From an uncultured Gemmiger sp. (lineage in GTDB: Bacteria > Bacillota > Clostridia > Oscillospirales > Ruminococcaceae), in contig CAUWAX010000014.1 of NCBI GenBank assembly GCA_963557315.1, positions 12,648 to 76,647 on the forward strand: DNA of 64,000 bases. Direction: 5' to 3'. Both the position numbers and the translations under genes were made by a program. The notes under the pieces are model-generated. The model worked only from the letters and a program-made list of their open reading frames with translations, was not told where the DNA came from and did no database searches. How positions within the stretch are numbered: the first letter of the stretch is position 1; every line of letters starts with the position of its first letter. Shown here in pieces: positions 1 to 9,337 of the stretch.

Positions 1-21
1 GCACAAAACGTACACTCTCGT

Positions 22-516
22 TCAAAATTCCGGCACCCTCTTCCATCCAAAGGAACATTCCCCGTCCACGATCTCAATGACGCCGTAACTGGCGCTGTCC
101 CGCAGACTGCCCGGGTTAAACACCGTGGCCGCCGTACCCGGATACCGGGTCAGCTCCTTCACATGGGTGTGGCCGAAGAGGGCCACATCGGCGCCCCGTT
201 CCCCGGCGCACTGGGCCAGCCGCTCGCTGCCCGACTTGACACTGTAATGGTGGCCGTGGGTGTAAAAGAAGAGCACCCCGCCAAAAGGCGCCATTCCCTC
301 GGTGGGTTCGGGGTATCCCGCGTCGCAGTTGCCCGCCACCCGGTAGATGGGATAAGGCACCGGCGTCTTGCGCAGTTCCAGCGCAGCGTTCAGGTCATAC
401 AATCCGTCGCCCAAAAAAAACAGGGCGTCGGCACTCTCGTTTTGCAGCACCCAGCGCAGGTCGCGCAGACGGCCATGCACATCGCTGACAACAAGGATCT
501 TGGTGGTATCGGACAT
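22..516 (-). CDS. YfcE/MJ0936-family metallophosphoesterase
   Basis: 164-aa ORF with calcineurin-like phosphoesterase motifs in the translation (VVSDVHG, GDGLYD, GNCD, GHTH). Confidence 0.8.
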   Translation of the reverse strand: MSDTTKILVVSDVHGRLRDLRWVLQNESADALFFLGDGLYDLNAALELRKTPVPYPIYRVAGNCDAGYPEPTEGMAPFGGVLFFYTHGHHYSVKSGSERLAQCAGERGADVALFGHTHVKELTRYPGTAATVFNPGSLRDSASYGVIEIVDGECSFGWKRVPEF

Positions 517-575
517 GGACTATTTTCCTTTCTGGAAAAATCAGAATTGCTTCTTAGCAGGGGCGGTCCGCCCCG

Positions 576-1412
576 TTATTCTTGGGCGATCAAGGCTTTG
601 TAGATCTCTCCCTTGGAGAAGGGGGTACCGGCTGCCGCCTGTTTGGCCGCCGCCGAGGGCGGTGTTCCCCCCGCCAGCAGGGCACGGGCCGCGGCCACCA
701 CATCCTCCTTGGTGGGGGCGGCGTCCGCCACAGCCGCCGGGTCGGCCCCGGCTACCACCAGCACATACTCGCCCCGGGGGTCGTTTTCCCGGTAAAAGGC
801 CACCGCTTCGCCCAAGGTGGTCTTGACGATTTCTTCATGGAGCTTGGTCAGTTCCCGGCAAAGGCTTACCGGCCGGTCCGGGCCGAAAGCCGCCGTCAGG
901 TCGTCCAGCGTGGTGCGCAGCTTGTGGGGGGCTTCGTACAGCAGGATGGTCCGGGTCTCGCCCTGCAAGGCCGCCAACCGTTCCCGCCGCTCCCGCTTGG
1001 GCACCGGCAAAAATCCTTCAAAGACAAAGCGGGCGGTGGGCTGGCCGCTGGCCGCCAACGCCGTGATGCAGGCCGATGCCCCCGGCACCGGCACCACCCG
1101 GATGCCCCGGGCATGGGCTTCGGCCACGATCTGCTCGCCGGGGTCGCTGATGCAGGGCATGCCCGCGTCGCTGCAAAGGGCGCAGTCCTCCCCCGCCTGG
1201 ATGCGCTGCAAAATCGCCTCGCCGTGGTGCAGGGCGTGTTCATAGTAGCTGACCATCGGCTTTTTCAGCCCCAGATGGTTGAGCAGCCGCAGGGTCACAC
1301 GGGTATCCTCGGCAGCCACAAAATCCACCGCGCCAAAGGTCGCCGCCACCCGGGGCGGCATATCGTCCAGATTGCCGATGGGCGTCGCCACCAGATACAA
1401 AGTCCCCGCCAA
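576..1412 (-). CDS. rsmI: 16S rRNA (cytidine1402-2'-O)-methyltransferase
   Basis: 278-aa ORF. The N-terminus LYLVATPIGNLDD...AAEDTR and overall length are typical of RsmI. Confidence 0.88.
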   Translation of the reverse strand: MAGTLYLVATPIGNLDDMPPRVAATFGAVDFVAAEDTRVTLRLLNHLGLKKPMVSYYEHALHHGEAILQRIQAGEDCALCSDAGMPCISDPGEQIVAEAHARGIRVVPVPGASACITALAASGQPTARFVFEGFLPVPKRERRERLAALQGETRTILLYEAPHKLRTTLDDLTAAFGPDRPVSLCRELTKLHEEIVKTTLGEAVAFYRENDPRGEYVLVVAGADPAAVADAAPTKEDVVAAARALLAGGTPPSAAAKQAAAGTPFSKGEIYKALIAQE

Positions 1413-1563
1413 ACCAAGGCCCCCTTTACTGCAAAATGGGTACGGTGGGCCGCTCCTTTTCGGCGCGGCATTTCCCCACTGTACACACTGTCTTATGTTC
1501 TATTATACCGAACCTGTGCGTCGTTGGCAAGCACTTCCCGGCCCGGAAAAATGCCCCTTACCC

Positions 1564-1596
1564 AAAAACGGACGGGAATCTTCCCGTCCGTTTTTC
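1564..1596. terminator. Bidirectional intrinsic terminator downstream of acyP
   Basis: AAAAACGGACGGGAA-TC-TTCCCGTCCGTTTTT: 11-bp GC-rich stem flanked by an A-tract and a T-tract. Confidence 0.8.
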
Positions 1597-1599
1597 TTT

Positions 1600-1633
1600 G
1601 GAGTTTCTGCTTCCTTCTTTGCAAAGAAGGAAC
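1600..1633 (-). repeat. Intergenic hairpin repeat (IHR), copy 1, stem type A
   Basis: GGAGTTTCTGC-TTCCTTCTTTGCAAAGAAGGAA-C. It lies between the acyP stop (1649) and the terminator at 1564-1596. Confidence 0.9.
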
Positions 1634-1648
1634 AAACCGTTCCCCACT

Positions 1649-1933
1649 TTACTCGCCGCTGCGCTCCGAGAATCCGTACTCCTGCTCTTTCAGCGGCAGA
1701 TTTTCCACCGTCATGCCCTCGATGCGGGCCCAGCGGTTGGTATGTTCGATCAAAGGGATCAGCTTATCCAGTTTGGCGGCGTCGCCCTGGGCTTCCAGCG
1801 TCACGCTGCCGTCCCAGTTGTTGGCCACCCAGCCGGTCAGTTCCAATTTTTGGGCGGCGCAGCAGGCAAAATACCGGAACCCCACGCCCTGCACGCGGCC
1901 GGTAAACCGCCAGCGCCGACGAACGGTTTTCAT
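1649..1933 (-). CDS. acyP: Acylphosphatase
   Basis: 94 aa from the internal ATG at 1933 of ORF 1649..2179. Carries the acylphosphatase signature RFTGRVQGVGFRY. Its ATG overlaps the copA stop as ATGA. Confidence 0.85.
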   Translation of the reverse strand: MKTVRRRWRFTGRVQGVGFRYFACCAAQKLELTGWVANNWDGSVTLEAQGDAAKLDKLIPLIEHTNRWARIEGMTVENLPLKEQEYGFSERSGE

Positions 1934-4515
1934 CCCTCGATACCGGTCACGGTGTAGTCTTTCGCCTCCACGGCCGCCTGCAGGTCGGCGTCCGCCACCG
2001 GCTGGGAAAGGCTGACCACCGCGGTGCCGGCTTCGTGGCTGACGACGGCAGCTTCCACCCCGTCCAGCGCCTCCAGCGCCTTCTTGACGGTGGCTTCGCA
2101 GTGGGCACACATCATGCCCTCGATATGGATGGTCTTTTTCATAACGGGTACCTCCTGTTGGATAGGCTCTGCCGGGCAAGCAGCCGGGCAGGCAGCGGGC
2201 CGGGCCGGGGGTTCTTCCCGGGGCGGGGCCTTGTGTTTGGGCGGAGCATCGTGGTCGGCGTTGCGGGGGTCAAAGGTATTGAGCCGCAAGGCGTTGGTGA
2301 CCACACAGACGCTGGACAGACTCATGGCTGCCGAGGCGATCATGGGGTTGAGGGTGATGCCCAGCCCCGTAAAGACGCCCGCGGCCAGCGGGATGCAGAT
2401 GGCGTTGTAGAAGAACGCCCAGAAGAGATTTTCGTGGATGTTGCGCACCACCGCCCGGGAAAGCCGCACCGCCGCGGGCACGTCGGCCAAGTCGCTGCGG
2501 ACCAGCACCACGTCGGCGGCGTCCAGCGCCACGTCGGCCCCGGCGCCGATGGCAATGCCGGTCTCGGCCCGGGTCAGGGCGGGGGCGTCGTTGATGCCGT
2601 CGCCCACCATGGCCACCCGGCCCCCGGCCTGATGGCGGCGGACTTCGGCCTCTTTACCGGCGGGCAGCACCCCTGCCACCACATGGTCGGCGTCCAGCCC
2701 CACCATCGACCCGATGTGCCGGGCGGTGGCGGCGTTGTCCCCGGTGAGAAGCACCACGTTCAGGCCCAGAGCTTTCATCTGGGCGATGGCCCCCGCCGAG
2801 GTCTTTTTGACCACGTCGGACACACCGATGACACCCGCCGGGCTGCCCGCCAGCGAGAAGTAGAGTGGGGTAATGCCGTTCTGGCTCATCTGCTGTCCGG
2901 CCTCTTCCAAGTCGGGGGGCAGGACACAGGTTTCCCGGATGAAGTCGGCGTTGCCGCCGGCGATGACCTTGCCGGCCACCTTACCCCGCAGGCCCTTGCC
3001 GGGCACGGCGGTAAAGTCCGCCACGGCGGTGTACTTGATCTTTTCTTCCTCGGCCCGCTGCAAGATGGCCCGGGCCAAGGGGTGTTCGCTGCGCAGTTCC
3101 AGCCCAGCCGCCATGCTGAGGAGGAACTTTTCCGGCACGCGGCGGGTGCCTACGATCTGCACCACGCTGGGTTCGCCGGTGGTGATGGTGCCGGTCTTAT
3201 CCAGCAGCACCGTGTCGGTGTAGCCGGTGGTTTCCAGACTGGCGGCAGTCTTAAAGAGGATGCCATGCTTGGCGCCCACGCCGCTGCCCACCATGATGGC
3301 CACGGGGGTGGCCAGACCCAAGGCGCAGGGGCAGCTAATGACCAGCACCGAGATGCCCCGGGCCAGCGCATAGGGGAAGGTCTGGCCCAGCAGCAGCCAG
3401 ACAAGGAAGGTCACAGCGGCAATGGCCATGACGGCGGGCACAAACACGCCGGACACCTTGTCGGCGGTTTTGGCCAAGGGGGCCTTGGTGGCGGCGGCGT
3501 CCCGTACCAGCCGGATAACTTGGGAGAGGGTGGTATCCTGCCCCACCCGTTCGGCGCGGCAGGTCAAAGCGCCGTTCTGGTTGATGGTGGCGGCGCTGAC
3601 GGGGGAACCGGGGAACTTATCCACCGGCATGCTCTCGCCGGTGAGGGCGGCCTCGTTGACACTGGACACACCCTCGGCCACCGTGCCGTCCACCGGGATG
3701 GACTCGCCGGGCTTGACGAGGAAGAGATCCCCCACCGCCACTTCGCTGACCGGCACCGTCACCGGTTTGCCGTTCCGCAGCACGGTGGCGGTCTGGGGGG
3801 CCAGCTCCATCAGGCTTTTCAGGGCGTCGGTGGTGCGGCCCTTGCTGTATGCCTCCAAGGTCTTGCCCACCGTGATCAGGGTCAAAATCATAGCGGCGGA
3901 TTCAAAATACAGGTCGTGGCGGTATTGCAGCACCGTCCCCTCGTCCCCCGACGCCAACCCGGCGCCGATCATGATGAGGGCAAAGACACCGTAGGCCAAA
4001 GCTGCCCCCGCCCCCAAGGACACCAGCGTGTCCATGCCGGGGGCTTTGGTGCGCAGCCCGTTCCAGCCGCTGACAAAGAAGGCCCGGTTGATCCAGCAGA
4101 CCGGCAGGGTCAGGCCCAACTGCAAAAGGCCGTAGACCAGCGCCCCCGGACCGGCCCCCTCCAAGAAGGGGGGCAGCGGCAGGCCGATCATATGCCCCAT
4201 GGACAGGTACATCAGGGGCACCAAAAAGCACAGGCTGTGGATCAGCCGTTTTTTCAGGCGTGGGGTCTCGGTATCGTCCAAGGCGGCGTCCATCGTATCG
4301 TCGGCAAGGGCGGCGCCGTAGCCGGCGGATTCCACCGCCCGGCAGATGCGGGCTTGCAGTTTGGCTTCCTCGACGCCGGGGGCGGGCTGGACCTGCATGG
4401 AATTGGTCAGCAGACTGACCGAAACCGACTGCACGCCGGGCACCGCCGCCACGGCTTTTTCCACATGACTGGCACAAGCCGCACAGCTCATGCCGGTGAT
4501 TTCATAGCGTTGCAT
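1930..4515 (-). CDS. copA: Copper-translocating P1B-type ATPase with N- and C-terminal HMA domains
   Basis: 861 aa from ATG 4515 (MQRYEITGMSCAAC). Shows CPC in a TM helix, the DKTGT phosphorylation site and the GDGINDAP hinge. A second HMA domain (GMMCAHC) sits at the C-terminus. The upstream 80 codons of ORF 1930..4755 look non-coding. Confidence 0.93.
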   Translation of the reverse strand: MQRYEITGMSCAACASHVEKAVAAVPGVQSVSVSLLTNSMQVQPAPGVEEAKLQARICRAVESAGYGAALADDTMDAALDDTETPRLKKRLIHSLCFLVPLMYLSMGHMIGLPLPPFLEGAGPGALVYGLLQLGLTLPVCWINRAFFVSGWNGLRTKAPGMDTLVSLGAGAALAYGVFALIMIGAGLASGDEGTVLQYRHDLYFESAAMILTLITVGKTLEAYSKGRTTDALKSLMELAPQTATVLRNGKPVTVPVSEVAVGDLFLVKPGESIPVDGTVAEGVSSVNEAALTGESMPVDKFPGSPVSAATINQNGALTCRAERVGQDTTLSQVIRLVRDAAATKAPLAKTADKVSGVFVPAVMAIAAVTFLVWLLLGQTFPYALARGISVLVISCPCALGLATPVAIMVGSGVGAKHGILFKTAASLETTGYTDTVLLDKTGTITTGEPSVVQIVGTRRVPEKFLLSMAAGLELRSEHPLARAILQRAEEEKIKYTAVADFTAVPGKGLRGKVAGKVIAGGNADFIRETCVLPPDLEEAGQQMSQNGITPLYFSLAGSPAGVIGVSDVVKKTSAGAIAQMKALGLNVVLLTGDNAATARHIGSMVGLDADHVVAGVLPAGKEAEVRRHQAGGRVAMVGDGINDAPALTRAETGIAIGAGADVALDAADVVLVRSDLADVPAAVRLSRAVVRNIHENLFWAFFYNAICIPLAAGVFTGLGITLNPMIASAAMSLSSVCVVTNALRLNTFDPRNADHDAPPKHKAPPREEPPARPAACPAACPAEPIQQEVPVMKKTIHIEGMMCAHCEATVKKALEALDGVEAAVVSHEAGTAVVSLSQPVADADLQAAVEAKDYTVTGIEG

Positions 4516-4606
4516 GGTGGAGAACTCCTTTATTCGTGCTGGTGAACGGCAGCGGGCCACACAGGGCGCTGCCGGGGAATGTTGTTTTCGCCGCCCCTTT
4601 CCCACA

Positions 4607-5527
4607 TTAAAACAGCTTTTCCGGCAAAAGGATGTCGTGTTTTGGCACTTTGGCCCAATCGAAGGTCTGGGCCAGCGCCGCCGGGGTGGTGGGACGGGGG
4701 GACTCCTGCAAGCCGCAGGCAAAGGCCAGCTTGCCGATGATTTCTTCCGGGGCATACTTGGCCCGCAGATGTTCCAAACTTTGGTCGCCGTCCCGTTTGG
4801 AGAGCCGCCGTCCGTCGGCGGCCAGCAGCAGGGGCAGGTGGTAGAACTGGGGGGCTTGCAGGCCCAGCTCCCGATAGAGCCAGAGCTGTCGGGGGGTGCT
4901 GCTGAGCAGGTCGGCCCCCCGCACCACTTCAGTGACGCCCATCAGGGCATCGTCCACCACCACCGCCAGTTGGTAGGCAAAAACGCCGTCCGCCCGGCGC
5001 AGGTAAAAGTCCCCGCAATCCCGGGCCAGATTTTCGGCGTAGGGGCCCAGATGCCCGTCGGTGAAGGCGATCTTCTCGTCGGGGACCCGGACCCGCCAAG
5101 CGGGGGCACGGGTCTTGGCCTTTTCGGCCACCTGTTCGGGGGTCAGGTTCCGGCAGGTCCCGGCATAGAGCACCTGCCCGTCACTGCGGTGGGGGGCACT
5201 GGCGGCATGGAGCTGGCTGCGGCTGCAAAAGCAGGGATAGACCATCCCCCGCCGTTCCAGTTCCTTATAATAGTGCAGGTAAATTTCGGACCGCTCGCTC
5301 TGGTAGACCGGGGGCTCCGGCCCGTCGGCGGAAAGGCCCAGCCAAGCCAGATCCTCCACGATGGCGTCGGCAAAATGCCGGGGGCACCGCAGCGTGTCCA
5401 GATCCTCGATGCGAAGCAGTACCTGCCCGCCCTTGCTTTTGGCCGAAAGCCAAGCCAGCAGGCAGCAGAGCAAATTGCCCAAGTGCATCCGCCCGCTGGG
5501 GCTGGGGGCATATCGTCCGGTGATCAT
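4607..5527 (-). CDS. gluQ: tRNA glutamyl-Q(34) synthetase (GluRS catalytic-domain paralogue)
   Basis: 306 aa, with the class-I motif RYAPSPSGRMHLGN. It is the length of a GluRS catalytic core without an anticodon-binding domain. Start overlaps the upstream stop (ATGA). Confidence 0.82.
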   Translation of the reverse strand: MITGRYAPSPSGRMHLGNLLCCLLAWLSAKSKGGQVLLRIEDLDTLRCPRHFADAIVEDLAWLGLSADGPEPPVYQSERSEIYLHYYKELERRGMVYPCFCSRSQLHAASAPHRSDGQVLYAGTCRNLTPEQVAEKAKTRAPAWRVRVPDEKIAFTDGHLGPYAENLARDCGDFYLRRADGVFAYQLAVVVDDALMGVTEVVRGADLLSSTPRQLWLYRELGLQAPQFYHLPLLLAADGRRLSKRDGDQSLEHLRAKYAPEEIIGKLAFACGLQESPRPTTPAALAQTFDWAKVPKHDILLPEKLF

Positions 5528-6822
5528 GCTAAGGTATAGACGCCGTCACCCAGCGCCCGCAGATGCACCCGGTAGAAAGCCGCCACCGCCTGCACCATGG
5601 CGTTGGCGTCGGACACCGCGGCGGTCTCCACAGCGGAGTGCATGGCCAACTGGGCCAGCCCGATGTCCGCCATGGGGATGGGCAGCGTATGGCTTTGCAG
5701 GTTGCCCAGCGTACTGCCGCCGGGTTCGTCGGCCCGGTTGGTAAAGACCTGCACCTTGACGCCGGCTTTTTCGCAGATGGCCCGGAAGATGCCGCCGCTG
5801 AGGGCGTTGGTGGTGTATTTTTGGCTGGCGTTGTATTTCAGCACCACGCCGCCGCCCAGCCGCACCGGGGCCGCGGGGTCGCTCTTGGCCGCAAAGTTGG
5901 GGTGGGTGGCGTGGCCGTTGTCGGCGCTGAGCATAAAGCTGTTGGCCAGCGCCCGGTGTTCCATCTGGGCGCTGTGGGGGATGGCTTCCAAGATGCGGTC
6001 CAGCACGTCCCGCAAAAAGCTGCTCTCGGCGCCCTGCCGGCTGGAGGAACCTACCTCCTCGTTGTCCAGCATGGCCCACACCGGGGCGCAGGCGCTGTCG
6101 GTGTCGGCCGCCGCGTCGATAAAGCCCAGCAGCGTGGTGGCGGCGCACTCCAAGTCGTCGATGCGGGGGGCCATAAAGTATTCCCCATCCGGCCCGATGA
6201 CGGTGGGCGCCTGCCGGGTCACGAGCTGCAGATCTTGGTCGAGGATCTCCTCCGGGCGCACACCCAGTTCCTCACAGACCAAGTCGGTCAGGGTACGGCC
6301 CGCTTCGGGACCCCACAGGGGCTGCATGTCGATCTGGGGGTTGTACTCGTGGCCCTTGTTGACCTGCCGCTGCATATGGATGGCCAAGGACGGAATGACC
6401 AGCAGGTCCCGGTCAAGATGGACCAGCCGGGTCTCGACCCCATCCTCGGTGCGAAGCAGCACCCGGCCCGCCACCGTCAGGGGACGATCCAGCCAGGTGG
6501 CCATGTTCATGCCGCCGTAGCCTTCCACGCTCAGGCGGCGGCAGCCGTCGTTGGTCACGGCGTCGGACTTGATCTTCCAGCCCGGCGCATCGCTGTGGCT
6601 GGCGGTGATCCGCCACCCTCCGATGGCATGGTCGGGGATCCGCCACGCTACCACCGCCGAGCCGCCCCGGACCAGATAGTAGCCTTTGCCGGGTTCCAAA
6701 TTCCAGTAATCGGCTTCTTCCAGCCGGGTAAAACCGGCGGCGTCCAGCCAAGCGGCGGCGGTGGCCGCCGCGTGATAGGGGGTCACGCCCTCCTGTAAAA
6801 ACTCAAAAATATCATCGATCAT
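5524..6822 (-). CDS. M18-family aminopeptidase
   Basis: 432-aa ORF. Length and conserved blocks (HSDAPG, DNEEVGS, ADNGHATHPN) fit the aspartyl aminopeptidase (M18) family. Confidence 0.82.
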   Translation of the reverse strand: MIDDIFEFLQEGVTPYHAAATAAAWLDAAGFTRLEEADYWNLEPGKGYYLVRGGSAVVAWRIPDHAIGGWRITASHSDAPGWKIKSDAVTNDGCRRLSVEGYGGMNMATWLDRPLTVAGRVLLRTEDGVETRLVHLDRDLLVIPSLAIHMQRQVNKGHEYNPQIDMQPLWGPEAGRTLTDLVCEELGVRPEEILDQDLQLVTRQAPTVIGPDGEYFMAPRIDDLECAATTLLGFIDAAADTDSACAPVWAMLDNEEVGSSSRQGAESSFLRDVLDRILEAIPHSAQMEHRALANSFMLSADNGHATHPNFAAKSDPAAPVRLGGGVVLKYNASQKYTTNALSGGIFRAICEKAGVKVQVFTNRADEPGGSTLGNLQSHTLPIPMADIGLAQLAMHSAVETAAVSDANAMVQAVAAFYRVHLRALGDGVYTLA

Positions 6823-6910
6823 ACGTCGTTTTCTCCCTCATATTCCTCGGTCCGCGTCAAAGGCGGGCCGTTCTGTTATCATTCTACCGCAAACGTCAAA
6901 GGCGGGCAAG

Positions 6911-6945
6911 TTGCAAAATGGAAAAATTCTTTTATACTTAGTATA
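6911..6945 (+). promoter_or_regulatory. Putative sigma-A promoter overlapping a 13-bp palindrome (candidate HxlR operator)
   Basis: TTGCAA(6911)-16 nt-TATACT(6933). The -10 element is half of the inverted repeat TATACT-T-AGTATA (6933-6945). Confidence 0.45.
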
Positions 6946-7005
6946 CAGGCACTGGTCGTTTTGACAAGTACGCACTTTTTGGAAACCACAGGAGGTGGGC
7001 AAACG

Positions 7006-7392
7006 ATGCATCCCAATCAGGATTGCAACTGCCGCTATGCGGATGTCGGCTGCGACAAGATGGAAGCGGTGATGGACCGCATCAGCGGCAAATGGAAGAT
7101 GCGCATTTTATTTATGGTAGGCGCCCACGGCACGCTGCGGTACGGCGAGCTGCGCCGCCTGCTGGAGGGCATCACCCACAAGATGCTGAGCAACCAGCTC
7201 AAGGAGTTGGCGGCGGATGGGCTGATCGAGCGGTTGGATTATCACGAAACGCCGCCCCGGGTAGAGTACCGGCTGACGGCGGACGGGCAGGACCTGATGC
7301 CGATTTTTGACGGCATGCAGGCCTACATCCGCAAACGGATGGCCGATGGGCACGAATTTTCCACCACCGGGCATACTATAAGGGAAAACTAA
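7006..7392 (+). CDS. HxlR-family winged-helix transcriptional regulator
   Basis: ATG 7006 is preceded by GGAGGTG. HxlR-like blocks are present: SGKWKMRILF, LRYGELRR, TPPRVEYRLT. Confidence 0.8.
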   Translation: MHPNQDCNCRYADVGCDKMEAVMDRISGKWKMRILFMVGAHGTLRYGELRRLLEGITHKMLSNQLKELAADGLIERLDYHETPPRVEYRLTADGQDLMPIFDGMQAYIRKRMADGHEFSTTGHTIREN

Positions 7393-7405
7393 GGGGGCAT
7401 CCACC

Positions 7406-7954
7406 ATGGGAAAATGGGTTTGTTGTTGGTTGGCGGCGCTGTTGCTGGCGGGATGCGCCGCATCGCCGGCCGCCACGCCGGAGACCGCTGTCACGCCGGA
7501 ATCGGCGCTTTCGGGGACCGCGCTGCCGGCGGGCACCCCCACGCCGGAAACCGCCACGGCCGAAACTGCCGCTTCGGCGGCGGGGGCGTTCAAGGTCCAG
7601 CAGTTGACGGTGGTGCTGAACGGCTGCATCGCCTATGAGGCGGACAGTGCCGGGGGCAGCCTGAAAACCGCCCTTGCCGCGGCGGATCTGGTGGTGTACC
7701 TGACGGGGGATTTTGTGCCCGACGACCTGCCGGGGGAGACCCAGCTCTGGCAGGAGGCTTTGAGCACCGACGACCAAGCCACCATGGACGCCAACTGGCC
7801 GCGGGTCTATCGCTGTGCCCAAGACATCTGTGCGGACCCCGCCGCCCAGCAGGGGCTGCTGGACGACGCCGGGGTGACCACCGACTTTTCCGCCATGGAC
7901 CTGACCGAGGTGCCGGACCAGTTGGACGCCATGAACGAGGTGCTGACCGATTGA
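7406..7954 (+). CDS. Hypothetical lipoprotein
   Basis: Signal peptide plus lipobox (LLLAGC), followed by a low-complexity Thr/Pro/Ala linker. Confidence 0.6.
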   Translation: MGKWVCCWLAALLLAGCAASPAATPETAVTPESALSGTALPAGTPTPETATAETAASAAGAFKVQQLTVVLNGCIAYEADSAGGSLKTALAAADLVVYLTGDFVPDDLPGETQLWQEALSTDDQATMDANWPRVYRCAQDICADPAAQQGLLDDAGVTTDFSAMDLTEVPDQLDAMNEVLTD

Positions 7955-8003
7955 GGCGGCCCAGCGCTTCCCGGGAAGAGCCATTCCTTTTAGGAACGGG
8001 AAG

Positions 8004-8025
8004 TTTTCCACCGGGTTGTGGATAA
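8004..8025. promoter_or_regulatory. Convergent pair of DnaA-box-like 9-mers
   Basis: TTTTCCACC (8004-8012) and TGTGGATAA (8017-8025, reverse complement TTATCCACA = consensus) are separated by 4 nt. Confidence 0.55.
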
Positions 8026-8062
8026 CTTTCCGGCCGATGTTCCCTCTTTGGGAGATCAGATC

Positions 8063-8096
8063 GGAATTTCTGCTTCCTTCTTTGCAAAGAAGGAAC
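8063..8096 (-). repeat. IHR copy 2, stem type A
   Basis: GGAATTTCTGC-TTCCTTCTTTGCAAAGAAGGAA-C, located 65 nt after the stop of the 8161..8742 gene. Confidence 0.9.
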
Positions 8097-8160
8097 AAAA
8101 ACAAGAGCCTTTTGCTGTACATCCTGCACAGCAAAGGCTCTTGTTCTTTATATAGATCGT

Positions 8161-8742
8161 TCAGTTCAACGCAAAGCCCTTGTAGTTTGCGCCTTCGATA
8201 TCCGACTGGTAGAAGGTCACCGTCTCACCGTTGGGACCATAGTACTGCACATGATCCCCATACACGCCCTGTTTGTGCCAGACAGCCCGAGCGTTGTTGG
8301 TATCGTAGATAATGTCCGGCATGGAATCCAACGCCGAAACCGCGGTTTCTCCGCTGTCCATCGGTACATGGGCCACAATCGCCAACAGCAGCCGCCAGAT
8401 AAACCCGGCGCCAATCAGGCAAGCCACCAGCGGCAGCATGACCTTTTGTGCCGTGGTTTCGCAGCGGCTCACAATGACCATTCCCATATATAGCAGGCAA
8501 ACCACTGCGATCAGCACAGTTCCAATCATCTCTCCGGCAGAAGTATTCAGTTCCTGTCCGGTAATTGCCTTGATCAAGGTGCCGATGGATGCAATCAGCA
8601 GCATGATCCCCAACAAAATGATGTAGGATCCGCCCACACCAATGATTCCTGCCCATTTACGCCGCAACCCATTGTATCCGATGGTTCCCACCAGACACAG
8701 CGCCAGCATAATCATACCTAATACCGCAACGATGCCATCCAT
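8161..8742 (-). CDS. Hypothetical multi-pass membrane protein with a soluble C-terminal domain
   Basis: 193 aa from ATG 8742 (AAGGAG 8 nt upstream). About five hydrophobic helices precede a roughly 65-aa hydrophilic tail. The rest of ORF 8161..9114 is not supported. Confidence 0.55.
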   Translation of the reverse strand: MDGIVAVLGMIMLALCLVGTIGYNGLRRKWAGIIGVGGSYIILLGIMLLIASIGTLIKAITGQELNTSAGEMIGTVLIAVVCLLYMGMVIVSRCETTAQKVMLPLVACLIGAGFIWRLLLAIVAHVPMDSGETAVSALDSMPDIIYDTNNARAVWHKQGVYGDHVQYYGPNGETVTFYQSDIEGANYKGFALN

Positions 8743-8879
8743 TTGTAAACACTCCTTTTTTCTCACAATACAACCGAGGTTTCTCGTTCTTTTTGATAAC
8801 CATACGGTTATCATTTCACAATGATACCTCTTTCTTGTTGTATTGTCAAGGTATTTACGAGATATCAGGAGGAACCCTT

Positions 8880-9095
8880 TTGGCCTATTACCCACGCCTG
8901 CGCGATCTGCGCGAAGATCACGACCTTTCCCAGCGGCAGTTGGCGGCATTGCTGGGCATGGCACAACCCCAATACAGCCGCTACGAACAGGGTTTGCGGG
9001 ATATTCCCACCCCGGTGCTGATCCAACTGGCCCGCTTATATGACACCACCACCGATTATCTTTTGGGGCTGACCAATGACCCCCGAAAACCCTAA
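8880..9095 (+). CDS. XRE-family helix-turn-helix transcriptional regulator
   Basis: TTG start at 8880 with AGGAGG 8 nt upstream. HTH_3-like LRDLREDHDLSQRQLAALLGMAQPQYSRYEQG. Paralogue of 48003..48233. Confidence 0.7.
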   Translation: MAYYPRLRDLREDHDLSQRQLAALLGMAQPQYSRYEQGLRDIPTPVLIQLARLYDTTTDYLLGLTNDPRKP

Positions 9096-9197
9096 CTTTG
9101 TTATAAAAACGCATTGCAAAGAAGTCCCTCCCCGCAGAATGGACACACCGGGCGGCGGGGGTTTTCCCTTACCATCCCATTCCCGGGCTATAAAATT

Positions 9198-9230
9198 GGA
9201 ATTTCTTCGGTTCCTTCTTTGCAAAGAAGG
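9198..9230 (-). repeat. IHR copy 3, type A (right stem truncated)
   Basis: GGAATTTCTTCGGTTCCTTCTTTGCAAAGAAGG. Confidence 0.85.
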
Positions 9231-9301
9231 TGGTTCCCGCAGGATAAACACACCGGGCGGCACGGTCTTGCCTCAACTACCCATTCCCGGGCTATAAAAT
9301 T

Positions 9302-9337
9302 GGAATTTCTTCGGTTCCTTCTTTGTAAAGAAGGAAC
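9302..9337 (-). repeat. IHR copy 4, type A (TGTAAA centre)
   Basis: GGAATTTCTTCG-GTTCCTTCTTTGTAAAGAAGGAAC. Confidence 0.9.

Noticed and set aside
2035-4545. 836-aa plus-strand ORF over copA. Similar long antisense or shadow ORFs occur at 15165..17309, 18955..20415, 21996..23423, 23849..26080, 25914..28739, 45752..47494 and 57505..58722
   Set aside because: All are antisense to genes with clear family signatures (copA, jag/yidC, dnaA, recF, gyrB, gyrA, ftsH, serS) and have Gly/Arg/His/Pro-rich, low-complexity translations.
4516-4755. N-terminal extensions suggested by the ORF track (copA 1930..4755, gyrB 23612.., dnaN 20778.., parA ..60846, ABC ATPase ..32765, amt ..11123 and others)
   Set aside because: The conserved protein starts at an internal ATG, GTG or TTG that has a Shine-Dalgarno sequence. 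The upstream codons run through terminators or repeats and look non-coding.
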